From contig OZ242029.1 of NCBI GenBank assembly GCA_965205015.1, positions 4,160,001 through 4,224,000 on the forward strand: a stretch of DNA of 64,000 bases, in the 5' to 3' direction. Within the stretch, counting starts at the first letter, position 1, and each line of letters begins with the position of its first letter. Below are positions 46,234 through 56,527 of this stretch, in pieces. The stretch comes from Candidatus Poribacteria bacterium. Lineage in GTDB: Bacteria > Poribacteria > WGA-4E > WGA-3G. The position numbers were made by a program, and so were the translations under genes. The notes beneath the pieces were generated by a model that was given only the letters and a program-made list of their open reading frames with translations, made no database searches and had not been told where the DNA came from.

Positions 46234-49200
46234 TTATTTCCGTATCAAGAGTTTCCGTGTTGCTGTAAAATCGCCAGTTGTTAAGGTATAGAAATAGACA
46301 CCACTTGCCACGCGCTCGCCTTGGACATTCCGACCGTCCCAATACGCTGCACGGCTTTTGCCATGATATATCCCCGCAGGCTGATGTCCGAGTGCCAACG
46401 TCCGCACCAAGGCACCATTTACAGCATAAATGTGCAATGTTACTTCTGTAGGTTGTGACAATTGATAGGGTATCCAGGTTTCCGGGTTAAACGGGTTCGG
46501 GTAGTTGTGAAGTAGAGCCGTGTTTTCTGGCACGAAGCGTGCCAAAAGTCGTTCGAGAGTATCGATCCCGCGTTTGAACGTCAGTGTTCCATCGTCCGCT
46601 GCGCGCAGGATGTTCAGCGCGTGTTCAACAGTGTCAAGTGTAAACCCGAGGGGCAGTGCGGGGGACGAAGGGGCAGCGGGTGCGTCGCCTTCGCCGAGGT
46701 GTTCAGCGACAAGGGCAAGGTCTTTGCCGTCCACAACGCCATCGCCGTTGACGTCGAGACGCGGGTTCTTCGGCTGCTGTTGCCCCAATGCCGCCGTTAC
46801 GAGTGTTGCGTCCGTTGCATCGGTGATACCGTCTTCATTGACATCCCACGCCGGTCGAGCAGCTTCGGCTGTTGGAAGCGTAAGCGTATATTCCGCATCA
46901 GCCGCAAACCCAAAAAAGCCACTCCATTCACCCCATCCCTCATAGACAGCCACCAATAAGATATTTTTTCCTTTTTTAAGAGTGACAGGGAATTGGTCTT
47001 GATAGTTATAAGCTGGCCGGTCCACAGGATTGTTATGAACCAGTTCCCCGTTGAGCCAGACTTTGACGGCATCATCGCTCCCGATATACATCCGTGTCTT
47101 CTGTGTCCGGGACGCATCTAAGGCGATGGAACCATAAGCAACATGGTTATCTATATCACCTTCCGCTAACCCGATCGCGTTCACCAGTTCGGTGATGTTA
47201 TCGTTCCCAGTCGGGGCGATGTTGCCGGGGGTCCACACCTTATCTCCTATAGCACCACCAATCCTTGCTCCGTTAGTGGCAACCTGCTTTTCTGTAACGG
47301 CATCCCCACTCGCTTTTGCGAGGTAATCTATTTCTGAAGTTGCCGCTGCACTTCCGTCTACCCCTGTCGGAACAATCACCCATACCCAGGGACCCTCTAT
47401 TTTCGGACCCGCTTGCGGATAGAAGTTCTCCACTGAGAAGACCCCCTCCTGATCCATCACTTGAAGCGCGACTTCGCCACCCTGTCTAAATATCGTTTTG
47501 GAGACGACGAATTCAACCGTGCTGCTGGTTCCATTCAAGTGCTTACAAACTATTAATTGAAAGTATAATTCTTCAGATTCTTCTTCGGGTGTCAGCAACT
47601 GTGCCTGATGGAGTCCATCGGGATCCGTAACCTCAAAGCGGAGGCGAATATCGTCCGATGGTACTGATTGTGGTGGGCTCATCTCAATCGTTGTGACTTC
47701 ATTAAATCCTGTCTCGTGGGTGTTGAAGTAACTATGGGCATCCAACCATTCCGCGGCACAGAAAGACCGGATCATCTCGTCCGCGGTATGTGAAGACAGC
47801 ACGCGTTTAGGATTCGTGCGGTAATCGTGTTGCAATCCAAAGGCGTGCCCGAGTTCATGCGCGATCACATCCACGTTAAAGCAATCGCCAGAGGCAGGGA
47901 CGAGTACCATTCCACCAGATGCTCCACGGGGACCGCCGCGACCGCACACGTCGCTACCATCGAGGATTTCGTTACTGATATCTATCGCAGTGATATAGAT
48001 ATTCGTTGATGTGTCAAACTGTTGACGAATTTCTTCCCACATGTCCCATGTGTCAGATAAATTATTATAATGTTGATCTGTGAACTGTCCGACAACATGA
48101 TGCACGACCGCCTTCCCGTTCACATCAGTTTCATACTTAAAAGTTTTTCTGCCAAACCCGTGTCGCTCCATGATCTCGGCGTAAGCGAGTTGTGCCTCTT
48201 TGATGAACGCGTCCATCTTTGCGTCAATATCGGGTTGAGCGGTGCGGTCGCTCGGGAGAAAATAGATCAACCGAACTATCCCGCGTTGTTGATAGGACTC
48301 CAGATAGGACTCAATATCCCAGATATGGACGGTGCCATCTTCACCGCCGCTGGCAAGGGTTGTGCCGTCGGGAGAGAAGGCAATTCCGTGAATCCATTTT
48401 CCCCCTGTGTGTCCTGTCAGCGTGCCTATCTTTTCACCATTTTTAGCAGACCAGAGGATTACCTCTTCCCAGCCCCCACTGGCGAGTATCTTCCCATCAG
48501 GAGAGAAATCAAGGGAGGCTACATTCGTCTGAAGTGTGCCGAGAAGTTCCCACTTGGAGACGGTTTCCCATAACTTGATTTCTCCCCACGAGGAACTCGC
48601 GAAGGTCCGATTATCGGGAGAAAATTTAGCATAATTGACATCTTCAGTATCTCCATCTAATATAATGCTAATTTGTTTTTCCTGAACATCCCAGATTTTC
48701 ACGGTAGTTTCTATGTGATCATCGGTGGCAAGATACCTGCCATCGCTTGAAAAGGCTGCCAACCAAACCCACTCATCATGTGGCAGTGTCGCAATCTCCT
48801 GCTGATTGATGATATCCAATAGTTGAACATGTCTACCGGAGACGGCAAGCATCTTGCTGTCAGGTGAAAAAGTTACATGGGGGACTGGGGAAGGCATTCG
48901 GAATGTAATGGGTTCGCGGGTTTCAATATTTTGCCAGTGTGAAATGTCCCATACTTTGATGGTAGCATCATCGCTGCCACTCACAAGCCATTTGCCGTCG
49001 GGTGAGAATGTTACCGAATTGACGACATCAGTATGGTCCTCGAGGATTTTCACGGTAGTGTTCTGCAGATTCCACACCTTCACGGTGTTCTGTCCACCCG
49101 CACTCGCAATGAGATTAGGATTCACAGGTGAAAAAGCAACCGAGCTCACAGAACCCCCATGATCAAGGATGGTCGGCTCCTGTGCGAAACAGGGTGCCCA

Positions 49201-49266
49201 AAAGTTCAATAGGACGATGAGTGTTAAAAATACATGTTTGCATTGTATCTGAAAATTTTTTTTCAT
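46234..49266 (-). CDS. secreted WD40-repeat + zinc metalloprotease + dockerin-like + C-terminal sorting-domain protein
   Basis: Signal peptide, about 7 WD40 repeats, HELGHAFGLQH, GSDDAVKVWLNG module, DVNxDG repeats and NYPNPFNPETWIPY tail. Confidence 0.88.
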   Translation of the reverse strand: MKKNFQIQCKHVFLTLIVLLNFWAPCFAQEPTILDHGGSVSSVAFSPVNPNLIASAGGQNTVKVWNLQNTTVKILEDHTDVVNSVTFSPDGKWLVSGSDDATIKVWDISHWQNIETREPITFRMPSPVPHVTFSPDSKMLAVSGRHVQLLDIINQQEIATLPHDEWVWLAAFSSDGRYLATDDHIETTVKIWDVQEKQISIILDGDTEDVNYAKFSPDNRTFASSSWGEIKLWETVSKWELLGTLQTNVASLDFSPDGKILASGGWEEVILWSAKNGEKIGTLTGHTGGKWIHGIAFSPDGTTLASGGEDGTVHIWDIESYLESYQQRGIVRLIYFLPSDRTAQPDIDAKMDAFIKEAQLAYAEIMERHGFGRKTFKYETDVNGKAVVHHVVGQFTDQHYNNLSDTWDMWEEIRQQFDTSTNIYITAIDISNEILDGSDVCGRGGPRGASGGMVLVPASGDCFNVDVIAHELGHAFGLQHDYRTNPKRVLSSHTADEMIRSFCAAEWLDAHSYFNTHETGFNEVTTIEMSPPQSVPSDDIRLRFEVTDPDGLHQAQLLTPEEESEELYFQLIVCKHLNGTSSTVEFVVSKTIFRQGGEVALQVMDQEGVFSVENFYPQAGPKIEGPWVWVIVPTGVDGSAAATSEIDYLAKASGDAVTEKQVATNGARIGGAIGDKVWTPGNIAPTGNDNITELVNAIGLAEGDIDNHVAYGSIALDASRTQKTRMYIGSDDAVKVWLNGELVHNNPVDRPAYNYQDQFPVTLKKGKNILLVAVYEGWGEWSGFFGFAADAEYTLTLPTAEAARPAWDVNEDGITDATDATLVTAALGQQQPKNPRLDVNGDGVVDGKDLALVAEHLGEGDAPAAPSSPALPLGFTLDTVEHALNILRAADDGTLTFKRGIDTLERLLARFVPENTALLHNYPNPFNPETWIPYQLSQPTEVTLHIYAVNGALVRTLALGHQPAGIYHGKSRAAYWDGRNVQGERVASGVYFYTLTTGDFTATRKLLIRK

Positions 49267-49339
49267 TCCTTATACCATTTCTAAGAGATTATATTTCATT
49301 AGTGGTGTTATGAAATAGGAGTATTCGGTGATTTTAGCA

Positions 49340-49698
49340 ATAGCTGCGTCATGCGGAATCGCCATCGCCTGTGCCAATCTTTTCGCTACTTACATCCAAC
49401 GCAGTGAAATAGATATTTTTTGACAGGTCAAACTGTTCCTCAGCATTTCCACGCTTATCAGTTTCAAACAGGAAAGTTTCCTACCGAACCCGTGTGCCTC
49501 CATCTGTTTTGCGTAGAACCGTTGTGCATCCTTTATCAACGTATCCATTTTTGCGTCTATGTCTGGTTGGGGTTGATGGTCGCGTGGCAGGAAATAGATG
49601 AGGCGCACAATGGGTCGTTCTTGTTGTGCTTGTGAAAGACTTGGAAGTAAAAGATTGGACAGAACAGTTATTGTGACGAATAAGTGTTTGATTTGCAT
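49340..49698 (-). pseudogene. degraded paralog of the adjacent metalloprotease domain
   Basis: IVRLIYFLP..QPDIDAKMD..HGFGRK matches the neighbour. One base is lost after GRK, an internal deletion follows (FETDKRGNA/EEQFDLSKNIY), and it then stops. Confidence 0.8.
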
Positions 49699-49869
49699 GT
49701 AAGGAAGTCTATTCTATAGGGTTATTGAGTGTTGGGTTTCGCTAAAATTTTGGTGTATTCAAATGTATTGGGAATGTAGAGTTTTCTGTGCTGCAAGCGT
49801 TTGGTGGCTCATGTTCCGCTCAACCCAACCTACGATAGCCAAGGTTTCTGAAGCCTATGGGAGAACCTA

Positions 49870-50616
49870 TCAGGCGTTTCCGCGCAAGCGTTCGAGTTCG
49901 GCGCGGAGACGTGCGTTTTCCGACTCTGTCTCAGCGCGAGCAGTCGCTTCCTGACGGGCAAGCGACTCTGCAGCTTCAGCACGGGCAGTCGCCGCCTCAG
50001 CACGGGTTTCTGCTACCACTTCAGGCAGCTGAAGCCATTCATCCTTGATAGGATCATAAAACTGTAAATCCCCCTGCGCACACTGCACATCTAACCCCAA
50101 ACTCGACGCATGAATGCTACCAGACGCACCCGGCGAGACTGTCCGATACTGACCGGCTACTAACCGAAAACCCATCAAAGGTGAAGGTAGATACAGACCC
50201 TCTATATCCGCCAAGAAATACTCTGAAACCCCTAACCCGGCGTAAAGCTCCAACTTCTCCGTCAAGTCTCTTTGATATGTGCTTTTGCTCGACAACTCCA
50301 TCACGAAATCTGGGGGTTTCCCCTCTACCCAGACCTGATACGTCCGACGCGCTTTCCGGCCTATTCCGAAAGAGACAAGCACATCCGGAGATACGACGCG
50401 ACGTGGGTCCCCTTGAACATAATACATCAGGATATCCCCAGAGACATACACATCTGGGGTGTCACCAAAAAACGACTCAAGTTCCCGAAGGATCTTTATC
50501 AACACACGTCTATGATCGTCACTTGCTGCCATCGGTTTGCCGTCGGTTTCCGGATAGAGGCTGTGTTCTTCGGTCGGGACATAGCCGAGATGTCCTTCCT
50601 TTTCAAACATCGCCAT
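49870..50616 (-). CDS. Uma2 family endonuclease with coiled-coil tail
   Basis: YPETDGKPMA, VSPDV, PPDFVMELSSKST and GVSEYF motifs. Confidence 0.9.
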   Translation of the reverse strand: MAMFEKEGHLGYVPTEEHSLYPETDGKPMAASDDHRRVLIKILRELESFFGDTPDVYVSGDILMYYVQGDPRRVVSPDVLVSFGIGRKARRTYQVWVEGKPPDFVMELSSKSTYQRDLTEKLELYAGLGVSEYFLADIEGLYLPSPLMGFRLVAGQYRTVSPGASGSIHASSLGLDVQCAQGDLQFYDPIKDEWLQLPEVVAETRAEAATARAEAAESLARQEATARAETESENARLRAELERLRGNA

Positions 50617-50809
50617 CCTTGTTCTCCTTATTATGGTAGATTTTACTAAGTTTTAGACAATTGTTAGGGGGACACACATTTCACCCCGCTGGGACTGCTC
50701 TTTGGTGCATCCAAGCTGCTTTTTTCATGAGTTGAGTTTATGTAATTTTATTGTAACTTGCAGCAAGCATTTTGTCAAGATTTTCCCAAAATTGAGGCAA
50801 TACCTCGGA

Positions 50810-52024
50810 TTACACATCCTTTACCGATGCTTCTTCTTTTTTCACCTCAGCGTGTGCAGATGCTCGCTTACGGAAAAGTTGGATAGAACTATAACCGATG
50901 ACGAACAACAGAATCGTCGCTTGCATGACCAACGTCACCTTGTCAGAGATACCAACCTCCCGCTGCATGCTATAGGAACCTGTCGTCAGCGCGCCAAATA
51001 ACAACGCAGCAGCAACCGTCACTAACGGATTCAACTTTGCCAACAAAGCGACGGCGATCGCTGTGTAGCCGTATCCGGGCGAAAAGTTGAGGAAAAGTCG
51101 ACGGGTCAGGGCTGTGAGTTCAATCGCCCCACCAAGCCCTGCGAGCGCGCCACTGATGAAAAAGACGCGGAGCGTGTTTTGCACAATTGAGATGCCAGCG
51201 GCTTCCGCTGCCGCCGCGCCTTCTCCGACTGCGCGGAGTTGAAACCCGAATTGTGTTCTGAAGAGAATAAACGTGAGAATAATTGCCAACACGACAGCGA
51301 TCACAATGCCGAGGTGGACCCGATGCGGTGGAAAAAGTCGAGGCAGAAATACCCACTGAACGATGCGATCGCTCTGCGGACCGCGTTGCGCTGCCTCCTG
51401 CAATGGACCGCCATCTATCATCAGACTCACCAGATGGAGGGCGACGTAGTTCAACATAATCGTGCTGATAACTTCGTTGACCCCGCGCACCACTTTGAGG
51501 ATCGCAGGGATGAGTCCCCATACGCCACCCGCGACTGTGGCAAGTCCGAGACACAACGGCACTGCAATCCACGGGGTTTGCGGAAAAATTGGCGCAAGTT
51601 TCGTCCCAAACCATGTCGCCGTTAGCGCGCCTATTAAAAATTGTCCCTCGGCACCGATGTTCCAAATCCCACACCGAAACGCCATTGCCACCGAAAGCCC
51701 TGCCATCAGAAATGGTGTGCTTTTGACTAAGGTTTCTCCGAACTTTCTGCCTGTCCCGAACGCGCCACTCACCGCGGCTTGGTAAGCCTCTAATGGGTTA
51801 TAGTGACAGAGCAGCATGATGATGGCATTTACAACAAACGCACTCACGAGAATTAGAACAGGCGTTGCGAGCCACTGAATATTGATTTTCTTTAATATCA
51901 TAAAAATGGTCTTTAGTATTTGGTTGGAAGGATGGAAGGATGGAAGAATGGGTGCCCCTCTTCCAACCTTCCACTCTTCCATTCCAGTATCTTCTATCCT
52001 TCCATTTCCTCCTCTGATTGCCAT
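50810..52024 (-). CDS. nucleoside/sugar ABC transporter permease (NupB-like); start at 52024 or 51901
   Basis: WNIGAEGQ, NEVISTIMLNY and GYGYTAIAVALL motifs. The first 41 codons are largely repeat DNA. Confidence 0.88.
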   Translation of the reverse strand: MAIRGGNGRIEDTGMEEWKVGRGAPILPSFHPSNQILKTIFMILKKINIQWLATPVLILVSAFVVNAIIMLLCHYNPLEAYQAAVSGAFGTGRKFGETLVKSTPFLMAGLSVAMAFRCGIWNIGAEGQFLIGALTATWFGTKLAPIFPQTPWIAVPLCLGLATVAGGVWGLIPAILKVVRGVNEVISTIMLNYVALHLVSLMIDGGPLQEAAQRGPQSDRIVQWVFLPRLFPPHRVHLGIVIAVVLAIILTFILFRTQFGFQLRAVGEGAAAAEAAGISIVQNTLRVFFISGALAGLGGAIELTALTRRLFLNFSPGYGYTAIAVALLAKLNPLVTVAAALLFGALTTGSYSMQREVGISDKVTLVMQATILLFVIGYSSIQLFRKRASAHAEVKKEEASVKDV

Positions 52025-53676
52025 TCCCCGGTCATTAGCAATCCGAGTACCTCGATATCGTTGCGTTGCGCCGTTGCTTCGATCAGTTTGCCTCTCGACA
52101 TGACATAGAGTCGATCGCTCAACAATAAAACCTCGTCTAACTCTGTTGAAATTAACAGGACAGATTTTTGTGCGTCGCGCTGTGCCAACAGGTTCTCATG
52201 GACATAGCGAGCTGCGTTGACATCTAAACCGCGTGTCGGATTCACAGCGATAAGGAGGTCGGGGTGCAGCGAGATTTCTCGGGCGAGGACGATTTTCTGT
52301 TGATTGCCGCCAGAAAGCGCGGACGCGGGAATATCAGGATTCGGGGGTCGGATATCATAATCCGTGATTAAACTTTCTGCTGTTTCACGTTTCCGCTTCT
52401 GGTTAAGGACATTCCAGTGAGCGAGATTTTGTAGGTGGGTCACGTTCAAAAGGAGGTTTTCCGTAACCGAAAACGCGGCGATAACCCCGGTTGTCTGCCT
52501 ATCTTCAGGGATATAGCCGACACCGTGTTGACGGACCGCCTTTATCCCTTTGTTGACGGAGCCTTTCAATCTTCGATTGAACAGCGAAGTCAACTTCGGA
52601 TCGGTGCCTAAGATGCTTACTGTACCAGAGTCACTGGGTCGTAACCCCATGATTGCCTCGGCGAGTTCACGCTGTCCATTGCCATCGACACCAGCGATAC
52701 CCACAATTTCACCGCGACAGGTCTCCATAGAGACATCTGACACTGCGATCTCGTTTCGACTGCCGAGGACTGTTAAGTTTGAGATGTGTAGGACATTCTC
52801 TGGAGGGACGTTTTCGAGGTGTGTGCCGGTTGAACGTTCAACGTCGGTGATGTCTTCTCCAATCATCTCCCTTGCGAGTTCCCGTGCGGTTAATTCACCC
52901 GTCGGCCCGAGATAAACTTTCTTGCCGCGTCTTAAAACGGTAATTCGATCACTGATACTCAGGACCTCTTTCATTTTGTGGCTAATGAAGATGATGGCGC
53001 GACCATCGGCTTGAAGTTTGCGCAGAATCGTGAAGAACCCTTCTACCTCCTGTGGGCTTAGAACGGCGGTGGGTTCATCGAGGATCAGGATACGGGCATC
53101 AACGGCGAGAGCTTTGAGGATCTCCACGCGTTGTTTTAAACCGACTGAGAGCGTCCGGACCAGCGCCGTTGGATCAACAGCGAGACCGAACCGCTCCGAG
53201 AGCTCTTCAGTGATACGGATAGCCTCCTCCTTCTTAAACCAAAAAGAGTGGAGGAGTGGAAGACAGGAAGATTGGAGGAAAGATTTCCAGCCATCCTTCC
53301 ACTTTTCCCCCCTTTCCTCCTTCCTACCTGTTCGCAATTGTCCAAGAGCCAAGGCGATATTCTCAGCGACCGTCAGGTTCTCAATCAGCATAAAGTGCTG
53401 ATGCACCATGCCGATACCGTTCGCAATCGCATCCCGTGGTGACTTTGCCCGTAACCTGCGCCGCCAGTTTTCGCGATCGGTAACATAGATGCGTCCCAAG
53501 GACGGTTGGTAAAGCCCATAGATGAGATTCATCAGCGTGGACTTTCCTGCGCCATTCTCTCCCAAAATCGCGTGGATTTCACCGGCTTGCAATTCAAAAT
53601 CGACATCGTCAACAGCGACAAGATCGCCGAAGGATTTCGTAACATTCCGAAGTTCAAGGATATTCTCTGTTGCCAT
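51994..53676 (-). CDS. nucleoside/sugar ABC transporter ATP-binding protein, double domain (NupA-like)
   Basis: GENGAGKST, VHQHFML, ILDEPTAVL, GVDGNGQ and LSGGNQQK motifs. Confidence 0.93.
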   Translation of the reverse strand: MATENILELRNVTKSFGDLVAVDDVDFELQAGEIHAILGENGAGKSTLMNLIYGLYQPSLGRIYVTDRENWRRRLRAKSPRDAIANGIGMVHQHFMLIENLTVAENIALALGQLRTGRKEERGEKWKDGWKSFLQSSCLPLLHSFWFKKEEAIRITEELSERFGLAVDPTALVRTLSVGLKQRVEILKALAVDARILILDEPTAVLSPQEVEGFFTILRKLQADGRAIIFISHKMKEVLSISDRITVLRRGKKVYLGPTGELTARELAREMIGEDITDVERSTGTHLENVPPENVLHISNLTVLGSRNEIAVSDVSMETCRGEIVGIAGVDGNGQRELAEAIMGLRPSDSGTVSILGTDPKLTSLFNRRLKGSVNKGIKAVRQHGVGYIPEDRQTTGVIAAFSVTENLLLNVTHLQNLAHWNVLNQKRKRETAESLITDYDIRPPNPDIPASALSGGNQQKIVLAREISLHPDLLIAVNPTRGLDVNAARYVHENLLAQRDAQKSVLLISTELDEVLLLSDRLYVMSRGKLIEATAQRNDIEVLGLLMTGEWQSEEEMEG

Positions 53677-54531
53677 TTATGGTAGATACCATCTTTCGGT
53701 TCTTGATGTTGTTAACTCGCCGTCGTAAGCGATAACCCGAAGTGAGACTTTCCAACGCTCACCTGCTGGTGTTGATACGGCACCCGTCCATGTCGGGTTA
53801 TAGAGTGCCATCCCATAATCGCGAATAAACCATGGACCGCGGACACCTTCATTGAGAATCCTCATACAGACCCCAAAGGCTCCATGGCCTGCCAATACGT
53901 TCTGATAGGCAACGAAGTCGGATTCGCCTTCGTGAACGACTTCAACACCCCCCTTACGTCCGTTGTCCCCCAACACAATACCGCCCATGACAGGGAGGAG
54001 TCTCGGTTCAACGCGGATACCGATGCTTCCGAACTTCGTCTGCGGATATGTCACAGCACCGTAAGCCGCAATTTTTTCGCTCGTCATATCGCAAACGGTG
54101 GCATCATCGAGTGCATAAAGATTGACAGTGCGGATTTCGTCAATCATCGGTTCTTCGTTCTCATCTCGCCAGATAACATTTTGAACGAACTGCACGCCAT
54201 CAGTATGGGGAGTAATGTCAATCGCTTTCTGTGTATCCATCCGTCCCAGTTTCTCAAAGACTTTATCTGTAAAGGAGCGACGGGGTGGCGATGCCCAGAA
54301 ACCCGCCTCTCTGTCGCCGACCTGCACGGGTCCTTGTCCAACAAAAATACCGTTGTGGAACGGATGGTCGAAGGCGAATTCCTGAACAACGGTGTGTCCT
54401 GCTGGTGTGTAGAACGGAAAAACAAAGGGACGATAAAAATTTGCACCGACACCGCCCAAACAGCGACCCGTATCACTTTGGACGACTAAATGTGTTTTTG
54501 CGTTAACTTTGACTTCAAAAGTGTTTTTCAT
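53677..54531 (-). CDS. PmoA-like/DUF6807 family protein
   Basis: RPFVFPFYTPAG..V..FDHPFHNGIF and PWFIRDYG motifs. Confidence 0.65.
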   Translation of the reverse strand: MKNTFEVKVNAKTHLVVQSDTGRCLGGVGANFYRPFVFPFYTPAGHTVVQEFAFDHPFHNGIFVGQGPVQVGDREAGFWASPPRRSFTDKVFEKLGRMDTQKAIDITPHTDGVQFVQNVIWRDENEEPMIDEIRTVNLYALDDATVCDMTSEKIAAYGAVTYPQTKFGSIGIRVEPRLLPVMGGIVLGDNGRKGGVEVVHEGESDFVAYQNVLAGHGAFGVCMRILNEGVRGPWFIRDYGMALYNPTWTGAVSTPAGERWKVSLRVIAYDGELTTSRTERWYLP

Positions 54532-56168
54532 GTTTTTTCCTTGACGTTAAAACTCGCTGTCATTGATGAAGGAACCTCTTGAACCACAGGAATGACGTAA
54601 CTCCGAATCGTTAGGTTTCTGTCTAACGTTTCTGTTTCTACGCGTGATTCCGCGCGTTCACGATGATCAAAGACCACGTAGTATCCTTCAGCCGCGCCTT
54701 CTAATGTGAGATACGCGGCGAGCTGCTGTTTACCGGCTTGATAGCGTGCCTGCCTTCTCCAAATCTTTGTTTCAATGATATATTTTGCGCTGTTGTGTGT
54801 GATGAGGATATCGATCCTACCGCGCCCTGTTTGGACTTCAAGATACATACTGCCGCCCACTGCTTGGACAAACTGGTCAAGATAGGTAAGCAGGAGATGC
54901 CGACCGACCGACTCCGGTGGGGTCTGGGGGACTTGCAGGATCTGGAAGCCTGCCCGTGCGATGAAGTCTCGGAAGTTGTCAAGCAACGGTTCCATGGCAA
55001 TGTGTCCTGTATCTGTGAGATACGTCCGGAACCCGGTAAGGTTGTCTTCGGGGAAGTATTCCGCCTCTAATCCGTTGACTGTCGGCTTGAATGCTCGCAG
55101 GATAGCATACAGATAGATCGGGTTGGCAATATCACAGAGACCGTCCGCCCCTTCGGAGATAACCCCATACGTCGCAAGTTCATCGATGGTTTCATCGTGT
55201 AGATTGAACGGGACCCCCTCATCGGATGCAGTGATTCTCATGAGGATTTTTTCAAAACGCGGATCCTTGCGGATATTCGTCGTCAGATGCGCAATGTTCG
55301 TGTTCCTGCTGTGAAGGAGCTGTGTATGTGCCGACCTCCAGTGCTCCATTGTAATCGTCTCAGTTTTCGGGATGTCCATCTCTTCCGTAAGAATTTGTGC
55401 GAACCGATTAACAAGTACAGGTTGCCCCGCAGTCTGTTTATGAATGGATGCCACAACTTCAGGCTCGAACGCTTGATCCACTTCCTCCGTATACTGCGCA
55501 AGCAGTTCCGCGACCTGTTCATGTGTAAAGTTTGGTAAATGAAATTCCTGTTGAATATTGAACGGAGAGATGGATCTGTCGTAGCCGAGTTGAATGATGT
55601 TTTTAACTCCCACGATGCCGACACTGTGGGGACATCGCGTCTTACCGGAGAGGTAAATATGGCGCAGCGAGCGCAGGAAACCCTTGACAGCCGACTGTGG
55701 AATAGCGTCAAACTCGTCAATAATAAGCACAACTTTCTGCTGAATTCCATAGTGTGAGTCAAGCAAGCGATCCAGTTGGGCAAAGAACCTTCGCATCGCT
55801 CTATGATCCGTTATCTCGGTCGTCTCCAAAAATTCTATGAGTGCTTCAGAAGGTGCTTGCCCACGCCGCTGAAAAATGGTTTCTATTTCTTCCCGAATAT
55901 CCTCGGAGAGCCCTCGGTAAAAATCAGCAGGAGTATCGTCTTCGTGTTCCTCAAAGTTCAGTTGAATTGGGAAGTAGGTTAAATCTTCGGCTGTGAGTTT
56001 CTCAAGTGCCAGTCGGAAAAAGGTCGTTTTGCCAGTTTGACGCGGTGCGAATAAAACGATGTATTTGCCCTGTTTGATGCGTTCGATGAAATCGGCTGTT
56101 CCTTCTGTGCGCGGGACAACGTAGTTATCCTCAAGATACAAACGCCCTTCGGTCCCAAAACGTCTCAT
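54528..56168 (-). CDS. AAA-like ATPase with C-terminal PD-(D/E)xK domain
   Basis: APRQTGKTT, LIIDEFD, SPFNI, TAGQP; GRIDI...IIETK...QLAAY. Confidence 0.85.
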   Translation of the reverse strand: MRRFGTEGRLYLEDNYVVPRTEGTADFIERIKQGKYIVLFAPRQTGKTTFFRLALEKLTAEDLTYFPIQLNFEEHEDDTPADFYRGLSEDIREEIETIFQRRGQAPSEALIEFLETTEITDHRAMRRFFAQLDRLLDSHYGIQQKVVLIIDEFDAIPQSAVKGFLRSLRHIYLSGKTRCPHSVGIVGVKNIIQLGYDRSISPFNIQQEFHLPNFTHEQVAELLAQYTEEVDQAFEPEVVASIHKQTAGQPVLVNRFAQILTEEMDIPKTETITMEHWRSAHTQLLHSRNTNIAHLTTNIRKDPRFEKILMRITASDEGVPFNLHDETIDELATYGVISEGADGLCDIANPIYLYAILRAFKPTVNGLEAEYFPEDNLTGFRTYLTDTGHIAMEPLLDNFRDFIARAGFQILQVPQTPPESVGRHLLLTYLDQFVQAVGGSMYLEVQTGRGRIDILITHNSAKYIIETKIWRRQARYQAGKQQLAAYLTLEGAAEGYYVVFDHRERAESRVETETLDRNLTIRSYVIPVVQEVPSSMTASFNVKEKT

Positions 56169-56527
56169 GCTTCCTTTCTCCTAACAGTATTTCTCTTCAG
56201 GGTGCTAAGTTTCACTGCTATCTTGGCTTCGCGCCAAATATCCTAAAAAGTATACGTTATTTGGGCAGGCATGTCAACAGAATTGTGCAGAGTTCGTCAA
56301 TTCGTTTGTAGGAGGGCTCTCCGAATTTTGACCGTTTTCACTCCCCGCTTACCGGGGAATACAAGGGAGTAGACTGCGGCTCTCGATGTTCTGTGTAAAA
56401 AAATATTTGACAAGAATTTCAACCTTGTGGTATTATTTTTGCTAATCACGCAATATGCTGACAAGAAATGCCACCAGCGTGTTTGGTAGGTTCCAGAAGA
56501 AGTTGTGAAAAAAAGGAGATATATTTT

